This document shows positions 13,019 to 26,094 of a stretch of DNA of 64,000 bases, one piece after another. Both the position numbers and the translations under genes were made by a program. This stretch comes from Macrostomum lignano (lineage: Eukaryota): positions 62,001-126,000 of the forward strand of contig NIVC01002660.1 of assembly GCA_002269645.1 (NCBI GenBank). The letters are read 5' to 3'. Under the pieces are notes generated by a model that worked only from the letters and a program-made list of their open reading frames with translations, did no database searches and was not told the DNA's origin. Numbering within the stretch: the stretch's first letter is position 1; each line of letters begins with the position of its first letter.

Positions 13019-13744
13019 CTCAGCGATTAACAACTATTAAAGTAGCGAAGGCAGACAATGCAGTGATAAAATATCTTTACTGACAGTAGAGCTTTATGCG
13101 TATATGTGGCATATAATATAAGTTCATATATATATATATTTATATATTAAATAACAGACGAGCCCAATGAAAGCGGGTTAAAAATTGCGGAGCAAATTAA
13201 AACAATCTAAACAATCAGTTGCACTTGCAATTAAACAATTTAATTAGTAAAGGTGGGAGAGCCCCGAAGTAAATTCACAAGCTTTACAAGCTGATCACAA
13301 ATTAGTGGTTTGGGTGAAACTAATAATTATTATAACAATTAGTCTATTGGGGTTAGTGTAACTATTTTTATATCAACTTCATTGCACAGGGCTGCAATGT
13401 GTGTCCATTTTATAAATCTGATAAATAAGCGAAAAAAACTGAGTTTCTGAGAACGGCCTGCACAGACAACCGGGTATAGCATTAATAATTAATTATTAAT
13501 ATATCATGTATCTATATAACCGGCTTAAATTTTATTGTAATTAATAGTTTTCCCATATACAAGTATCTAGCAACCATCCTTAGCAGCGATAACTCCGGAA
13601 TAAACCATCACTAATTAAGCGAGTCAACACACAGACGAATGGCAAAAGGCAAATGGCAGCAATTCGGGAACAGCAGGTGCACCACGCGATTGCAGGGAAA
13701 TAAAAAAATTGCTTTTTAGGGAGGGAGAGACCTGATTGCAAAGA

Positions 13745-14125
13745 GAGAGCGGAAGATGAGGGTAGAGAGCGGAAGATGAGGGTAGAGAGCGGAAGATGAG
13801 GGTAGAGAGCGGAAGATGAGGGTAAGGAGCGGAAGTTGAAGGCGGAGAGCGGAAGATGAGGGTAGAGAGCGGAAGATGAGGGTAAGGAGCGGAAGTTGAA
13901 GGCGGAGAGCGGAAGATGAGGGTAGAGAGCGGAATATGAGGGTAGAGAGCGGAAGATGAGGGTAGAGAGCGGAAGATGAGGGTAGAGAGTGGAAGATGAG
14001 GGTAAGGAGCGGAAGTTGAAGGCGGAGAGCGGAAGATGAGGGTAGGGAGCGGAAGATAAGGGTAGAGAGCGGAAGATAAGAGCAGAGAGCGGAAGATGAG
14101 GGTAGAGAGCGGAAGATAAGGGTAG
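13745..14125. repeat. 20-bp purine-rich minisatellite (GAGAGCGGAAGATGAGGGTA)
   Basis: About 19 units. Confidence 0.95.
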
Positions 14126-14904
14126 CCAGTGGAAATTAGGGCAGGGAGCAGAAAATAAGAGACAAGTAGGGACTGAGTGAGAACAAGAAGCGGATATGAA
14201 AGAAGAGGAACTGGGAGAATGGGAGGCAAAGCAGGGAGGGAAGACTCATCGAGCTGGCACAGGCGCGCGGCACCGCCAGAAGCTCAGGGGTGACATGAGA
14301 ATCACAGAGAGACAGTGGTTGACTTGAAGCAGCAATACGAGTAACTGGAATTAAACAGAAGCGTGACAAAAGCAGAGAGACTCAAGAAAGAAGGAGAGCC
14401 GAAGTGAATCTGAACTAAAAAATAATATATAAACTTGGCTTTAATTATCTTTGAGACGAATACAAGCAATGCAAAACAAAGAGTACATTTTTTTCTGCTT
14501 TTCCTATTTGTCGAAGCACAGGAAATGTACATGTATAAATAAACTTTATTGCATGGCACAGGATCAAGCTGAGAATGCTCTGGTGCATTTTTGCGAATTC
14601 AATAGTGAGCTGAGAGTTGCCAGGCAGCGTCAATATGAAGTCAGCGGATTAAAGATTGCCCTTCTGACAAGTGCCTGGAATATGCTTAGCATTAGCTAGC
14701 GGTGTTTAACAAATAATAATTGACAGAGCATTGACGCGGAAAGTACTGCAGCTCTCGGGGCTGAGCCGCACAAGGCAGAGGTGTCAGCAGTCAGTGCGGC
14801 AGGCCAGATTACAGACAGCCCTGGATTTTCTAAGGTGCTGAACTATTGATGATGAGACTGGGACAGATGCGACTGGGCTGGCATGGCTTCTGTGCCTGCT
14901 GCTT

Positions 14905-15235
<331 letters not shown>

Positions 15236-15511
15236 CATCGATTATCGATATGCTTAGAGTCTGATTGTCTACCCTCCTCCACTCCAGCCAGCCCATTCCG
15301 CACAAGAAGCCATTGAGAGAAGGCAGCCAAACAAAGTCCCAAAACATTTACCAAGCGACAGAGCCGACGGCAACAAGCGAAAAAGACAAATACAAAATTA
15401 AAAAGAAGTAAACAAAGTTAAAGCAGACCAAGGAACAAGGATATGCACGCGGCGAGACCTATGAAACTTTCAGGAGTTCCTGATGAGGCGCGCTCTGCTG
15501 GGACCGCCGTT

Positions 15512-18500
15512 CTACATGGCGGCCCCATCAGCGGAGGCTGCAGCAGCTGCTGATGCCGGGGTCGCGGCGGCTGGCGGCGGAGGCGGCAGCGGGCGAAGGT
15601 CTCGGATCTGCTTGACCAGGTACTGCTTCTCTTCGCTAAACTGGTTGTCGCACTGCCGGTCTGTCTGGAAGTTCTGCAGGAATTCTACTAGGCGGTCCTG
15701 ATTCTGCACCAGGATGTTGTGCACCGCGCGGGGCTTGTTCGGGTTGGCCACAAACACCTGCGACGGAGGGGAGGACAGTGGGGTGTCCGATCCAGGCGTT
15801 AGTGAGGCCAAAAAGAGCTAAAAAACTAGACAAAGGACTATCGATAAAGACTAGCCAAAATTACGGCTCAACGACATCATGTAAGACGCCGGGATCAAGG
15901 ACACCAGGTTAGACACCGGGGTCAAGGACACCAGGTTAGACACCGGGGTCAAGGACAACAGGTTAGACACCAGGTAGGACACCGGGGTCAAGGAAACCAG
16001 GTAGGACACCGGGGTCAAGGAAACCAGGTAGGACACCGGGGTCAAGGAAACCAGGTAGGACACCGGGGTCAAGGAAACCAGGTAGGACACCGGGGTCAAG
16101 GAAACCAGGTAGGACACCGGGGTCAAGGACACCAGGTAGGACACCGGGGTCAAGGAAACCAGGTAGGACACCGGGGTCAAGGAAACCAGGTAGGACACCG
16201 GGGTCAAGGACACCAGGTAGGACACCGGGGTCAACGACACCAGGTTAGACACCGGGGTCAACGACACCAGGTTAGACACCGGGGTCTAGGACACCAGGTA
16301 AGACACCGGGGTCAACGACACCAGGTTAGACACCGGGGTCTAGGACACCAGGTAAGACACCGGGATCAAAGACACCAGGTAGGACACCGGGGTCAAGGAC
16401 ACCAGGTTAGACACCGAGGTCAAAGACACCAGGTTAGACACCGGGGTCAAGGACACCAGGTTAGACACCGAGGTCAAAGACACCAGGCTAGACACCGGGT
16501 AAGACACCGGGTCAAGAACACAGTGTAAGTCAGAGTCACCAATTAAATAAAACCCTTGCTAAAATCAGGGACACAAATTTTAACAGATCTCAGTAACTAA
16601 CCTTAAAGCAGTGAAAAGCTTCGAAAGCGATCTGCTTCTGTCGGCTCTTGAGTGCATTCATAATCAGTTTGAGATTCTCCGCATTGGTAATGTAGAGAGT
16701 CATCACTTTGTAGTTGTAGCGATCCAGCAGCAGCTCGCCAAGTAGCTGGGAAGATGCAAGAGGGATGGATCAAGCATGGATACAGCTGATCTGTATAGTT
16801 GGAAATTGGGTCACAAACTTCAGGCCACAGGGTCCAGTTCGATACACGAGGCAGTACAGTTTTAGGATCGGAAAAAAAGCTGTTAAAAATAGATGCATTG
16901 GTTTAACTAGATAGATAGGATAATTTTCTAAACCATAAAATCATTAGCTACCGAATGGGATCATTTAATGTTAGACGAGTCGACGAGATATAGGTTAGCT
17001 AATCCTAATCTTAACCTTAATATTCCCCCCATAAACCCTGACAACTTAGCAATTCCCCCGCGAGTCTTTCATGGTTTACAAACACTTCTTTTATGGTTAA
17101 CATGACACTTCTTTTATGTTTGACGTGGGGCTTCTTTTATGGTTGACGTGAGGCTTCTTTTATGGTTGACGCGAGGCTTCTTTTATGGTTGACGTGGGGC
17201 TTCTTTTATGGTTGACGTGAGGCTTCTTTTATGTTTGACGCGAGGTTTCTTTTATGGTTGACGTGAGGCTTCTTTTATGTTTGACGTGAGGCTTCTTTTA
17301 TGGTTGACGTCAGGCTTCTTTTATGCTTGACGTCAGGCTTCTTTTATGCTTGACGTGGGGCTTCTTTTATGGTTGACGTCAGGCTTCTTTTATGCTTGAC
17401 GTCAGGCTTCTTTTATGCTTGACGTGGGGCTTCTTTTATGGTTGACGTGAGGCTTCTTTTATGTTTGACGCGAGGCTTCTTTTATGCTTGACGTGAGGCT
17501 TCTTTTATGCTTGACGCGAGGCTTCTTTTATGGTTGACGTGGGGCTTCTTTTTATGTTTGACGCGAGGCTTCTTTTATGGTTGACGTGAGGCTTCTTTTA
17601 TGGTTGACGCGAGGCTTCTTTTATGGTTGACGTGGGGCTTCTTTTATGGTTGACGTGAAGCTTCTTTTGTTTGACGCGAGGTTTCTTTTATGGTTGACGT
17701 GAGGCTTCTTTTGTTTGACGTGGGGCTTCTTTTATGGTTGACGTGGGGCTTCTTTTATGTTTGACGCGAGGCTTCTTTTATGGTTGACGTGGGGCTTCTT
17801 TTATGTTTGACGTGGGGCTTCTTTTATGGTTGACGTGGGGCTTCTTTTATGTTTGACGCGAGGCTTCTTTTATGGTTGACGTGAGGCTTCTTTAATGGTT
17901 GACGCGAGGCTTCTTTTATGGTTGACGTGAGGCTTCTTTTATGTTTGACGTGGGGCTTCTTTTATGGTTGACGTGGGGCTTCTTTTATGTTTGACGCGAG
18001 GCTTCTTTTATGGTTGACGTGAGGCTTCTTTTATGTTTGACGTGGGCTTCTTTTATGGTTGACGTCAGGCTTCTTTTATGCTTGACGTCAGGCTTCTTTT
18101 ATGCTTGACGTGGGGCTTCTTTTATGGTTGACGTGGGGCTTCTTTTATGTTTGACGCGAGGCTTCTTTTATGGTTGACGTGAGGCTTCTTTTATGTTTGA
18201 CGCGAGGCTTCTTTTATGGTTGACGTCAGGCTTCTTTTATGCTTGACGTGAGGCTTCTTTTATGCTTGATGCGAGGCTTCTTTTATGTTTGACGTGGGGC
18301 TTCTTTTATGGTTGACGTCAGGCTTCTTTTATGCTTGACGCGAGGCTTCTTTTATGGTTGACGTCAGGCTTCTTTTATGGTTGACGTGGGGCTTCTTTTA
18401 TGTTTGACGCGAGGCTTCTTTTATGGTTGACGTGAGGCTTCTTTTATGGTTGACGCGAGGCTTCTTTTATGGTTGACGTGGGGCTTCTTTTATGGTTGAC

Positions 18501-21500
18501 GTGAGGCTTCTTTTATGTTTGACGCGAGGTTTCTTTTATGGTTGACGTGAGGCTTCTTTTGTTTGACGTGGGGCTTCTTTTATGGTTGACGTGAGGCTTC
18601 TTTTATGTTTGACGCGAGGCTTCTTTTATGGTTGACGTGGGGCTTCTTTTATGTTTGACGTGGGGCTTCTTTTATGGTTGACGTGGGGCTTCTTTTATGT
18701 TTGACGCGAGGCTTCTTTTATGGTTGACGTGAGGCTTCTTTAATGGTTGACGCGAGGCTTCTTTTATGGTTGACGTGAGGCTTCTTTTATGTTTGACGTG
18801 GGGCTTCTTTTATGGTTGACGTGGGGCTTCTTTTATGTTTGACGCGAGGCTTCTTTTATGGTTGACGTGAGGCTTCTTTTATGTTTGACGTGAGGCTTCT
18901 TTAATGGTTGACGTCAGGCTTCTTTTATGCTTGACGTCAGGCTTCTTTTATGCTTGACGTGGGGCTTCTTTTATGGTTGACGTCAGGCTTCTTTTATGCT
19001 TGACGTCAGGCTTCTTTTATGCTTGACGTGGGGCTTCTTTTATGGTTGACGTGAGGCTTCTTTTATGTTTGACGCGAGGCTTCTTTTATGCTTGACGTGA
19101 GGCTTCTTTTATGCTTGACGCGAGGCTTCTTTTATGGTTGACGTGGGGCTTCTTTTATGTTTGACGCGAGGCTTCTTTTATGGTTGACGTGAGGCTTCTT
19201 TTATGGTTGACGCGAGGCTTCTTTTATGGTTGACGTGGGGCTTCTTTTATGGTTGACGTGAAGCTTCTTTTGTTTGACGCGAGGTTTCTTTTATGGTTGA
19301 CGTGAGGCTTCTTTTGTTTGACGTGGGGCTTCTTTTATGGTTGACGTGAGGCTTCTTTTATGTTTGACGCGAGGCTTCTTTTATGGTTGACGTGGGGCTT
19401 CTTTTATGTTTGACGTGGGGCTTCTTTTATGGTTGACGTGGGGCTTCTTTTATGTTTGACGCGAGGCTTCTTTTATGGTTGACGTGAGGCTTCTTTAATG
19501 GTTGACGCGAGGCTTCTTTTATGGTTGACGTGAGGCTTCTTTTATGTTTGACGTGAGGCTTCTTTTATGGTTGACGTGGGGCTTCTTTTATGTTTGACGC
19601 GAGGCTTCTTTTATGGTTGACGTGAGGCTTCTTTTATGTTTGACGTGAGGCTTCTTTTATGGTTGACGTCAGGCTTCTTTTATGCTTGACGTCAGGCTTC
19701 TTTTATGCTTGACGTGGGGCTTCTTTTATGGTTGACGTCAGGCTTCTTTTATGCTTGACGTCAGGCTTCTTTTATGCTTGACGTGGGGCTTCTTTTATGG
19801 TTGACGTGAGGCTTCTTTTATGGTTGACGTGGGGCTTCTTTTATGTTTGACGCGAGGCTTCTTTTATGGTTGACGTGAGGCTTCTTTTATGGTTGACGCG
19901 AGGCTTCTTTTATGGTTGACGTGGGGCTTCTTTTATGGTTGACGTGAAGCTTCTTTTGTTTGACGCGAGGTTTCTTTTATGGTTGACGTGAGGCTTCTTT
20001 TGTTTGACGTGGGGCTTCTTTTATGGTTGACGTGAGGCTTCTTTTATGTTTGACGCGAGGCTTCTTTTATGGTTGACGTGGGGCTTCTTTTATGTTTGAC
20101 GTGGGGCTTCTTTTATGGTTGACGTGAGGCTTCTTTTATGTTTGACGCGAGGCTTCTTTTATGGTTGACGTGAGGCTTCTTTAATGGTTGACGCGAGGCT
20201 TCTTTTATGGTTGACGTGAGGCTTCTTTTATGTTTGACGTGGGGCTTCTTTTATGGTTGACGTGGGGCTTCTTTTATGTTTGACGCGAGGCTTCTTTTAT
20301 GTTTGACGCGAGGCTTCTTTTATGGTTGACGTGAGGCTTCTTTTATGTTTGACGTGAGGCTTCTTTTATGGTTGACGTCAGGCTTCTTTTATGCTTGACG
20401 TCAGGCTTCTTTTATGCTTGACGTGGGGCTTCTTTTATGGTTGACGTGGGGCTTCTTTTATGTTTGACGCGAGGCTTCTTTTATGCTTGACGTGAGGCTT
20501 CTTTTATGCTTGACGCGAGGCTTCTTTTATGGTTGACGTCAGGCTTCTTTTATGGTTGACGTGGGGCTTCTTTTATGGTTGACGTGAGGCTTCTTTTATG
20601 TTTGACGCGAGGCTTCTTTTATGCTTGACGTGAGGCTTCTTTTATGCTTGACGTGAGGCTTCTTTTATGGTTGACATGACGCTTCTAGTATGTTTGACGT
20701 GAGGCTTCTTTTATGGTTGACATGACGCTTCTAGTATGTTTGACGTGAGGCTTTTTGATGGTTGACATGACGCTGACATGAATTGCAGCACCTATATTTT
20801 AACACTCACATCAAGTCAGTTATGAACACCCAGACGGTCTCGTCGCCGTTGATTAAAAGGAACAGTATGGTTACGCTAAGTTGCAATGCTTTCACACTGT
20901 GTTTTCCACACTGTCACACTTTCACACTGTCTCTTTCAGAATCAGGATTCAGTCAGTCAGTTTTTCTCTCTACAATAGGCATACTACATTTAGGGTGTAA
21001 ATTCTGCTTGACCTTTGCAAAAAAGTGATATCGAAAAATTTAGAAAATTTCTGATAAAACGGTGCAAGTTTTATGAAAATCGATTCTATAAATAAATATT
21101 AACACAAATAGAAATACTGATAGACAACTCCATTATTCGTGGCTTCTTTATCGTGGATGGTTGGGATAATTATCTAAACGATGACGTCATTATTAATTCT
21201 ACATGTGATCAGCAAGTTCCAAGTGTGGCATGCTTGGTAAAAGCCCCAGCCCGTAAGAGCTGCATGAGCAGCGCAGAGCTGGCGCTTCCAGTTAGGCAGG
21301 CTGGGGCAGCTCCTGATCTGGGCCCAGTCTCTGTGCAAACCTCTGACCGCTGCACTGCTGTGGCTGCAGGTCTGAGAGCACAATGAGCCCTAGTAATTTT
21401 GGAATGCAATTAGCTATGAATGGGATCATTAGCTACTGGATGGGAGCATAAGCTACGGGATGGGATCATTACCTACGGGATGGGATCATAAAACTCGTGA

Positions 21501-24500
21501 TGGGATCAGCAAATTTTAAGTGTGGCATGCTTGGTAAAAGCCCCAGCCCGTGAGAGCTGCATGAGCAGCGCAGAGCTGGCGCTTCCAGTTAGGCAGGCTG
21601 GGGCAGCTCCTGATCTGGGCCCAGTCTCTGTGCAAACCTCTGACCGCTGCACTGCTGTGGCTGCAGGTCTGAGAGCACAATGAGCCCTAGTAATGTTGGA
21701 ATGCAATTAGCTATGAACGGGATCATTAGATACTGGATGGGATCATTAGCTACGGGATGGGATCATTAGCTAATGGATGGGATCATTAGCTACTGGATAG
21801 GATCAGAAAATTTCAAGTGTGGCATGCTTGGTAAAAGCCCCAGCCCGTGAGAGCTGCATGAGCAGCGCAGAGCTGGCGCTTCCAGTTAGGCAGGCTGGGG
21901 AAGCTCCTGATCTGGGCCCAGTCTCTGTGCAAACCTCTGACCGCTGCACTGCTGTGGCTGCAGGTCTGAGAGCACAATGAGCCCTAGTAATTTTGGAATG
22001 CAATTAGCTATGAATGGGATCATTAGCTACTGGATGGGAGCATAAGCTACGGGATAGGATCCTTAGCTTATGGATGGGATCATTAGGTACTGGATGGGAT
22101 CATTAGCTACGGAATGTAATGATTAGCTACGGGATAGGATCATTAGATACTGTATGGGATCATTAGCTACTGGATGGGATCATTAGCTACTGGATGGGAG
22201 CATAAACCTAGGGATGGGATCATTACCTACGGGATGGGATCATAAAACTCGTGATGGGATCAGCAAATTTCAAGTGTGGCATGCTTGGTAAAAGCCCCAG
22301 CCCGTGAGAGCTGCATGAGCAGCGCAGAGCTGGCGCTTCCAGTTAGGCAGGCTGGGGCAGCTCCTGATCTGGGCCCAGTCTCTGTGCAAACCTCTGACCG
22401 CTGCACTGCTGTGGCTGCAGGTCTGAGAGCACAATGAGCCCTAATAATGTTGGAATGCAATTAGCTATGAATGGGATCATTAGCTACTGGATGGGAGCAT
22501 AAACCTAGGGATGGGATCATTAGCTACGGGATGGGATCAGCAAATTTCAAGTGTGGCATGCTTGGTAAAAGCCCCAGCCCGTTAGAGCTGCATGAGCAGC
22601 GCAGAGCTGGCGCTTCCAGTTAGGCAGGCTGGGGCAGCTCCTGATCTGGGCCCAGTCTCTGTGCAAACCTCTGACCGCTGCACTGCTGTGGCTGCAGGTC
22701 TGAGAGCACAATGAGCCCTAGTAATGTTGGAAAGCAATTAGCTATGAATGGGATCATTAGATACTGGATGGGATCATTAGCTACTGGATGGGATCATTAG
22801 CTACTAGATGGGATCATTAGGTACTGGATGGGATCATTAGCTACGGAATGTTATGATTAGCTACGGGATGGGATCATTACCTACTGGATGGGATCATTAG
22901 CTACTGCATATGATCATTAAAAACTGGATGAGATTATTAGCTACTGGATGGGATCATTAGAAACTGGTTGTGATCATTAGCTACTGGATGGGATCATTAG
23001 AAACTGAAAGGGATCAGTAGCTACTGCATATGATCATTAGAAACTGGATGGGATCATTAGAAACTGGATGGGATCATTAGCTACTGGATGGGATCATTAG
23101 CTACTGCATATGATCATTAGAAACTGGATGGGATCATTAGCTACTGCATATGATCATTAGAAACTGGATGGGATCATTAGCTACTGCATATGATCATTAG
23201 AAACTGGATGGGATCATTAGCTACTGCATATGATCATTAGAAACTGGATGGGATCATTAGCTACTGGATGGGATCATTAGCTACTGCATATGATCATTAG
23301 AAACTGAAAGGGATCATTAGCTACTGCATATGATCATTAGAAACTGGATGGGATCATTAGCTACTGCATATGATCATTAGAAACTGAAAGGGATCATTAG
23401 CTACTGCATATGATCATTAGAAACTGAAAGGGATCATTAGCTACTGCATATGATCATTAGAAACTGAAAGGGATCATTAGCTACTGCATATGATCATTAG
23501 AAACTGGATGGGATCATTAGCTACTAGATGGGATTATTGGGTACAGGATGGGATAATTAGCTACGCGATGGGATCATTAGCTAATGGACTGGATGGGATC
23601 ATTTTCTCTGCCTATATCTAAACGGAAGTTCCAGTTGACAAAAAATCATTGAACTTTGAAGTGCTGCTTTAAGGCACCCTGTATGGCCTAAAGGGCCTCA
23701 TGGGCATTGCATCGCACGACAAAGCAGCGGTACCAGTTCTATTAAGCGGTACTAACTTAAGGTCGCCTCCTCAAGCAGGATATTTGATATTGACAACGCC
23801 AACCCAGTTACTCACCTTTAAAGCCTGCCGCTTAGTAACATAATTCTCAGACTCAATCAGGCCCCGATAATTATCAAAGAAATGATTGAAATTTGCCTCG
23901 AGGAACTTGGCCACCATAGCTTTGTGCCGGGTCAGCAGATCCTTCAAAGTGGTGAAGGCGTCGCTGCTCACGTCGAAGGCGGTGCCGTGCACGTGGGCGA
24001 ACAGGTCATAGAATCGCTGATCCCAGAGAAACTTCTCGGCGATTTTCTCGTGCCTGCAGGCCTCGCGCAGCATGCCGCCGAAGCTGATGGCGTGCTCTGG
24101 CCGGTTGTAGCCCTCCACTAAGCGGTACAGCACAGTCATGTTCTCGATGATGTACTCAATAGCCGGGTGACGATTAGCCACCTTCTTGGACATCAGGTGG
24201 GTGAACAGGTGCTCAACAAACTTGGAGCACTCGAAGTCGATCTTGTCGATGTTGTCCAGCAGCAGGGGAATGGTGTTGCGGCACTCCGAGCTGAATATCT
24301 CCTGCGAGATGTCTGTCAAGGCGTCGCTAATCCGAGCCTTCTCCGAGTTGGCCTCGGCCTCCTTCGAGCTGGGATCCACTCGCTCCGTTAGTAGAGTCTT
24401 GATCGAAGTCAGCGCTTTGGCAACGTCCTCCTGGGCCTTCTTCAAATCTCGAGCACCGCTGGCGCCTCCGCCGCCGTCGGCTGCCAGCACCCTCAGCGCG

Positions 24501-24562
24501 TTGTGCAGCTGGACAACCAAATCCTTAGGCGTCTTCTGCCGGCCCAGTTTAAACATGTTCAT
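15512..24562 (-). CDS. CAB39: Calcium-binding protein 39 / MO25 (LKB1-STRAD scaffold), ~378 aa
   Basis: Exons 24562-23816, 16745-16602, 15757-15512, all phase 0. Motifs [36 protein letters not shown]|[19 protein letters not shown]|[24 protein letters not shown]. Start at 24562 or 24556. Confidence 0.96.
15860..16520. repeat. 27-bp minisatellite (GACACCGGGGTCAAGGAAACCAGGTAG) in MO25 intron 2
   Basis: About 24 units. Confidence 0.96.
17085..20770. repeat. 23-bp minisatellite (AGGCTTCTTTTATGGTTGACGTG), ~3.7 kb, in MO25 intron 1
   Basis: About 160 units; variant patterns recur in blocks. Confidence 0.98.
21221..22745 (-). other. Five tandem copies of a ~200-bp structured cassette separated by variable runs of a 20-bp unit; candidate intronic ncRNA array
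   Basis: Copies start (+ strand) at ~21221, 21518, 21815, 22272 and 22549 and are nearly identical. The minus strand pairs by eye into a long hairpin, AGATCA, a three-way junction, and ACA-NNN. Confidence 0.5.
22740..23605. repeat. 20-bp minisatellite (GGGATCATTAGCTACTGGAT)
   Basis: About 43 units; the same unit forms the spacers of the 5x cassette. Confidence 0.95.
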
Positions 24563-24729
24563 ACTCGGCTTGGCTGGAGTAAGACTCAAATTTGATTGTT
24601 AAGGCTTACACCCTGGCTGCTATCTGGCTAAGCAGTGCTTAATCTGGAATGGCAAAATTAATTTTAATATGGAATTTCGATGAGAGTTGAGAGTTGAGAA
24701 GAGATCTTGAGTTAGATGGATAGGGAGGC

Positions 24730-24783
24730 TTTGTCGGCCGCATGTGCCCCCATGGGCCATAGGCTGAAGTTTGCTAACCCCTG
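24730..24783 (-). mobile_element. Truncated Charlie-like hAT end
   Basis: Minus strand reads CAGGGGTTAGCAAACT...GGCCC...CACATGCGGCCG, flanked by an NTCTAGAN-type target (CTCTAGAC, 24784-24791). No partner end found. Confidence 0.55.
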
Positions 24784-26094
24784 CTCTAGACAGAATTAAG
24801 ATTTTTAAATGATACATTTATTTAAATATGGTTAAATCTATATAAGTTCAATTTAAGACTAAAGTTAAGACTAAAGTTCATTACTCTATAATAACTATAT
24901 GGAATAGCTTATTTACATTATATCTATGCCTAATAGTTATACAAGGTAAATGTTCTATAAGTCTTTTCTTATTGAGCATAGCTCAGACTATAGAAGTCTT
25001 ATTGCAAAGCCATTTGCAGAACATTTATCTATGCTTTTTGACACCCAAGTTATATTAAAGTATGAAACTAGCACTGAGCTAAGAGTTGTGGCCATAGACA
25101 CATATCACTCAGTTTAAAAAATGAATCAATTTTTTGCATATAATTATATATCCATGACCCTTGCTAGTGGCTATGTGATAGTTTCTTGTCAATCTAATGA
25201 CAATATGCAAAAGACTTGTTAATCCTCTACTGATATTATAAAGTAATATCTGACACTGATCAAGCAGACTTTGAAGTAAAACTATTCATAACTATTTTTT
25301 TAAATTGTTTCTGTTCATTATTTTTATAAATCTATGGCTGGAACTCCAAAATATAATAAAACAATATTTTTTAATTTTGCTAAAACATTGATAAAACTTG
25401 GTGTCAGTAAAAACCACTGCACTTCAAAGTAGACCTCTTCACATGAAGTTGCCTTTTAAATATAAGACAGTTTTACAGAATTAAATGATTTATAGACAAA
25501 AAATGTGAAATATGAATAAACAAAGCTAATTTGACCAATTATTATTTTTTAATTATTGATATTTTAACATTTTCTTACATCCTAATAAACCCTTGCTTGT
25601 GCAAGAATGATAGAATGTGAAATATACTTAATTAGATAGGGCCTATACAAATATTTTTTAAAACTAAAATAAAAAATTATTCAAAGCCATATTTTAGATC
25701 ATGTAGTAATGTAGGCCTATATGCCCAAAAATTTCGGTGTACAATTGACATGCATAACTCCTAAGAAAATATTGTATGTGCATACCTGGCATGAACTCTT
25801 TATGACCTCTTTTAAATGATTTTCTTAAATCAATTTAAGTAAATTGTTATTTCTTAATTAATTTAAGTAAATGACCTCTTTTGAATTGTGTAATAGACCT
25901 TTTTTGGGAAATAATTTGGTTTATTTTTATGCACTCTCAGCAATACTTCTTGTAACTTTGTAAAAGTAACTTATACTTATAGGAAATAATTATAGGTTTA
26001 TATTTTTATTTCTAGGTACAATATAGGTACAATATTACTAAAATAAAAAGCTAACTAAATAATTTTAATCAACCTTTCTCATTTTTTTTCTCAG

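Noticed and set aside
9493-13033. Long repetitive ORFs (e.g. 286, 240, 228, 415, 383 aa) in several frames
   Set aside because: They are translations of stop-free minisatellite units in introns, open in many frames on both strands. The same applies to ORFs at 942-1588, 4331-4843, 15851, 35301, 39257, 40684-41574, 45322-45766, 46544-47475, 48336-49084 and 56954.
14451-14860. Short ORFs between TRPT1 and MO25
   Set aside because: No motif and no supported exon structure.
21240-21310. Hammerhead ribozyme in the cassette's three-way junction
   Set aside because: The junction strands lack CUGANGA and GAAA on both strands. The CTGATG in the 33-bp array is also not followed by the required core.
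21393-21403. Sm site (AATTTTGG) suggesting an snRNA or SL RNA on the plus strand
   Set aside because: It reads AATGTTGG in three of five copies, is antisense to the host gene, and no snRNA or SL features are recognised.
21153-22460. 66-aa ORFs repeated in the cassette as mini-genes or alternative MO25 exons
   Set aside because: No recognisable domain or convincing splice sites, and the ATG is lost in copy 5 (GAAAGC instead of GAATGC).
21221-22745. CRISPR-like repeat/spacer array
   Set aside because: The long part is constant and the spacers are made of one 20-mer, the opposite of CRISPR. The context is eukaryotic with no cas genes.
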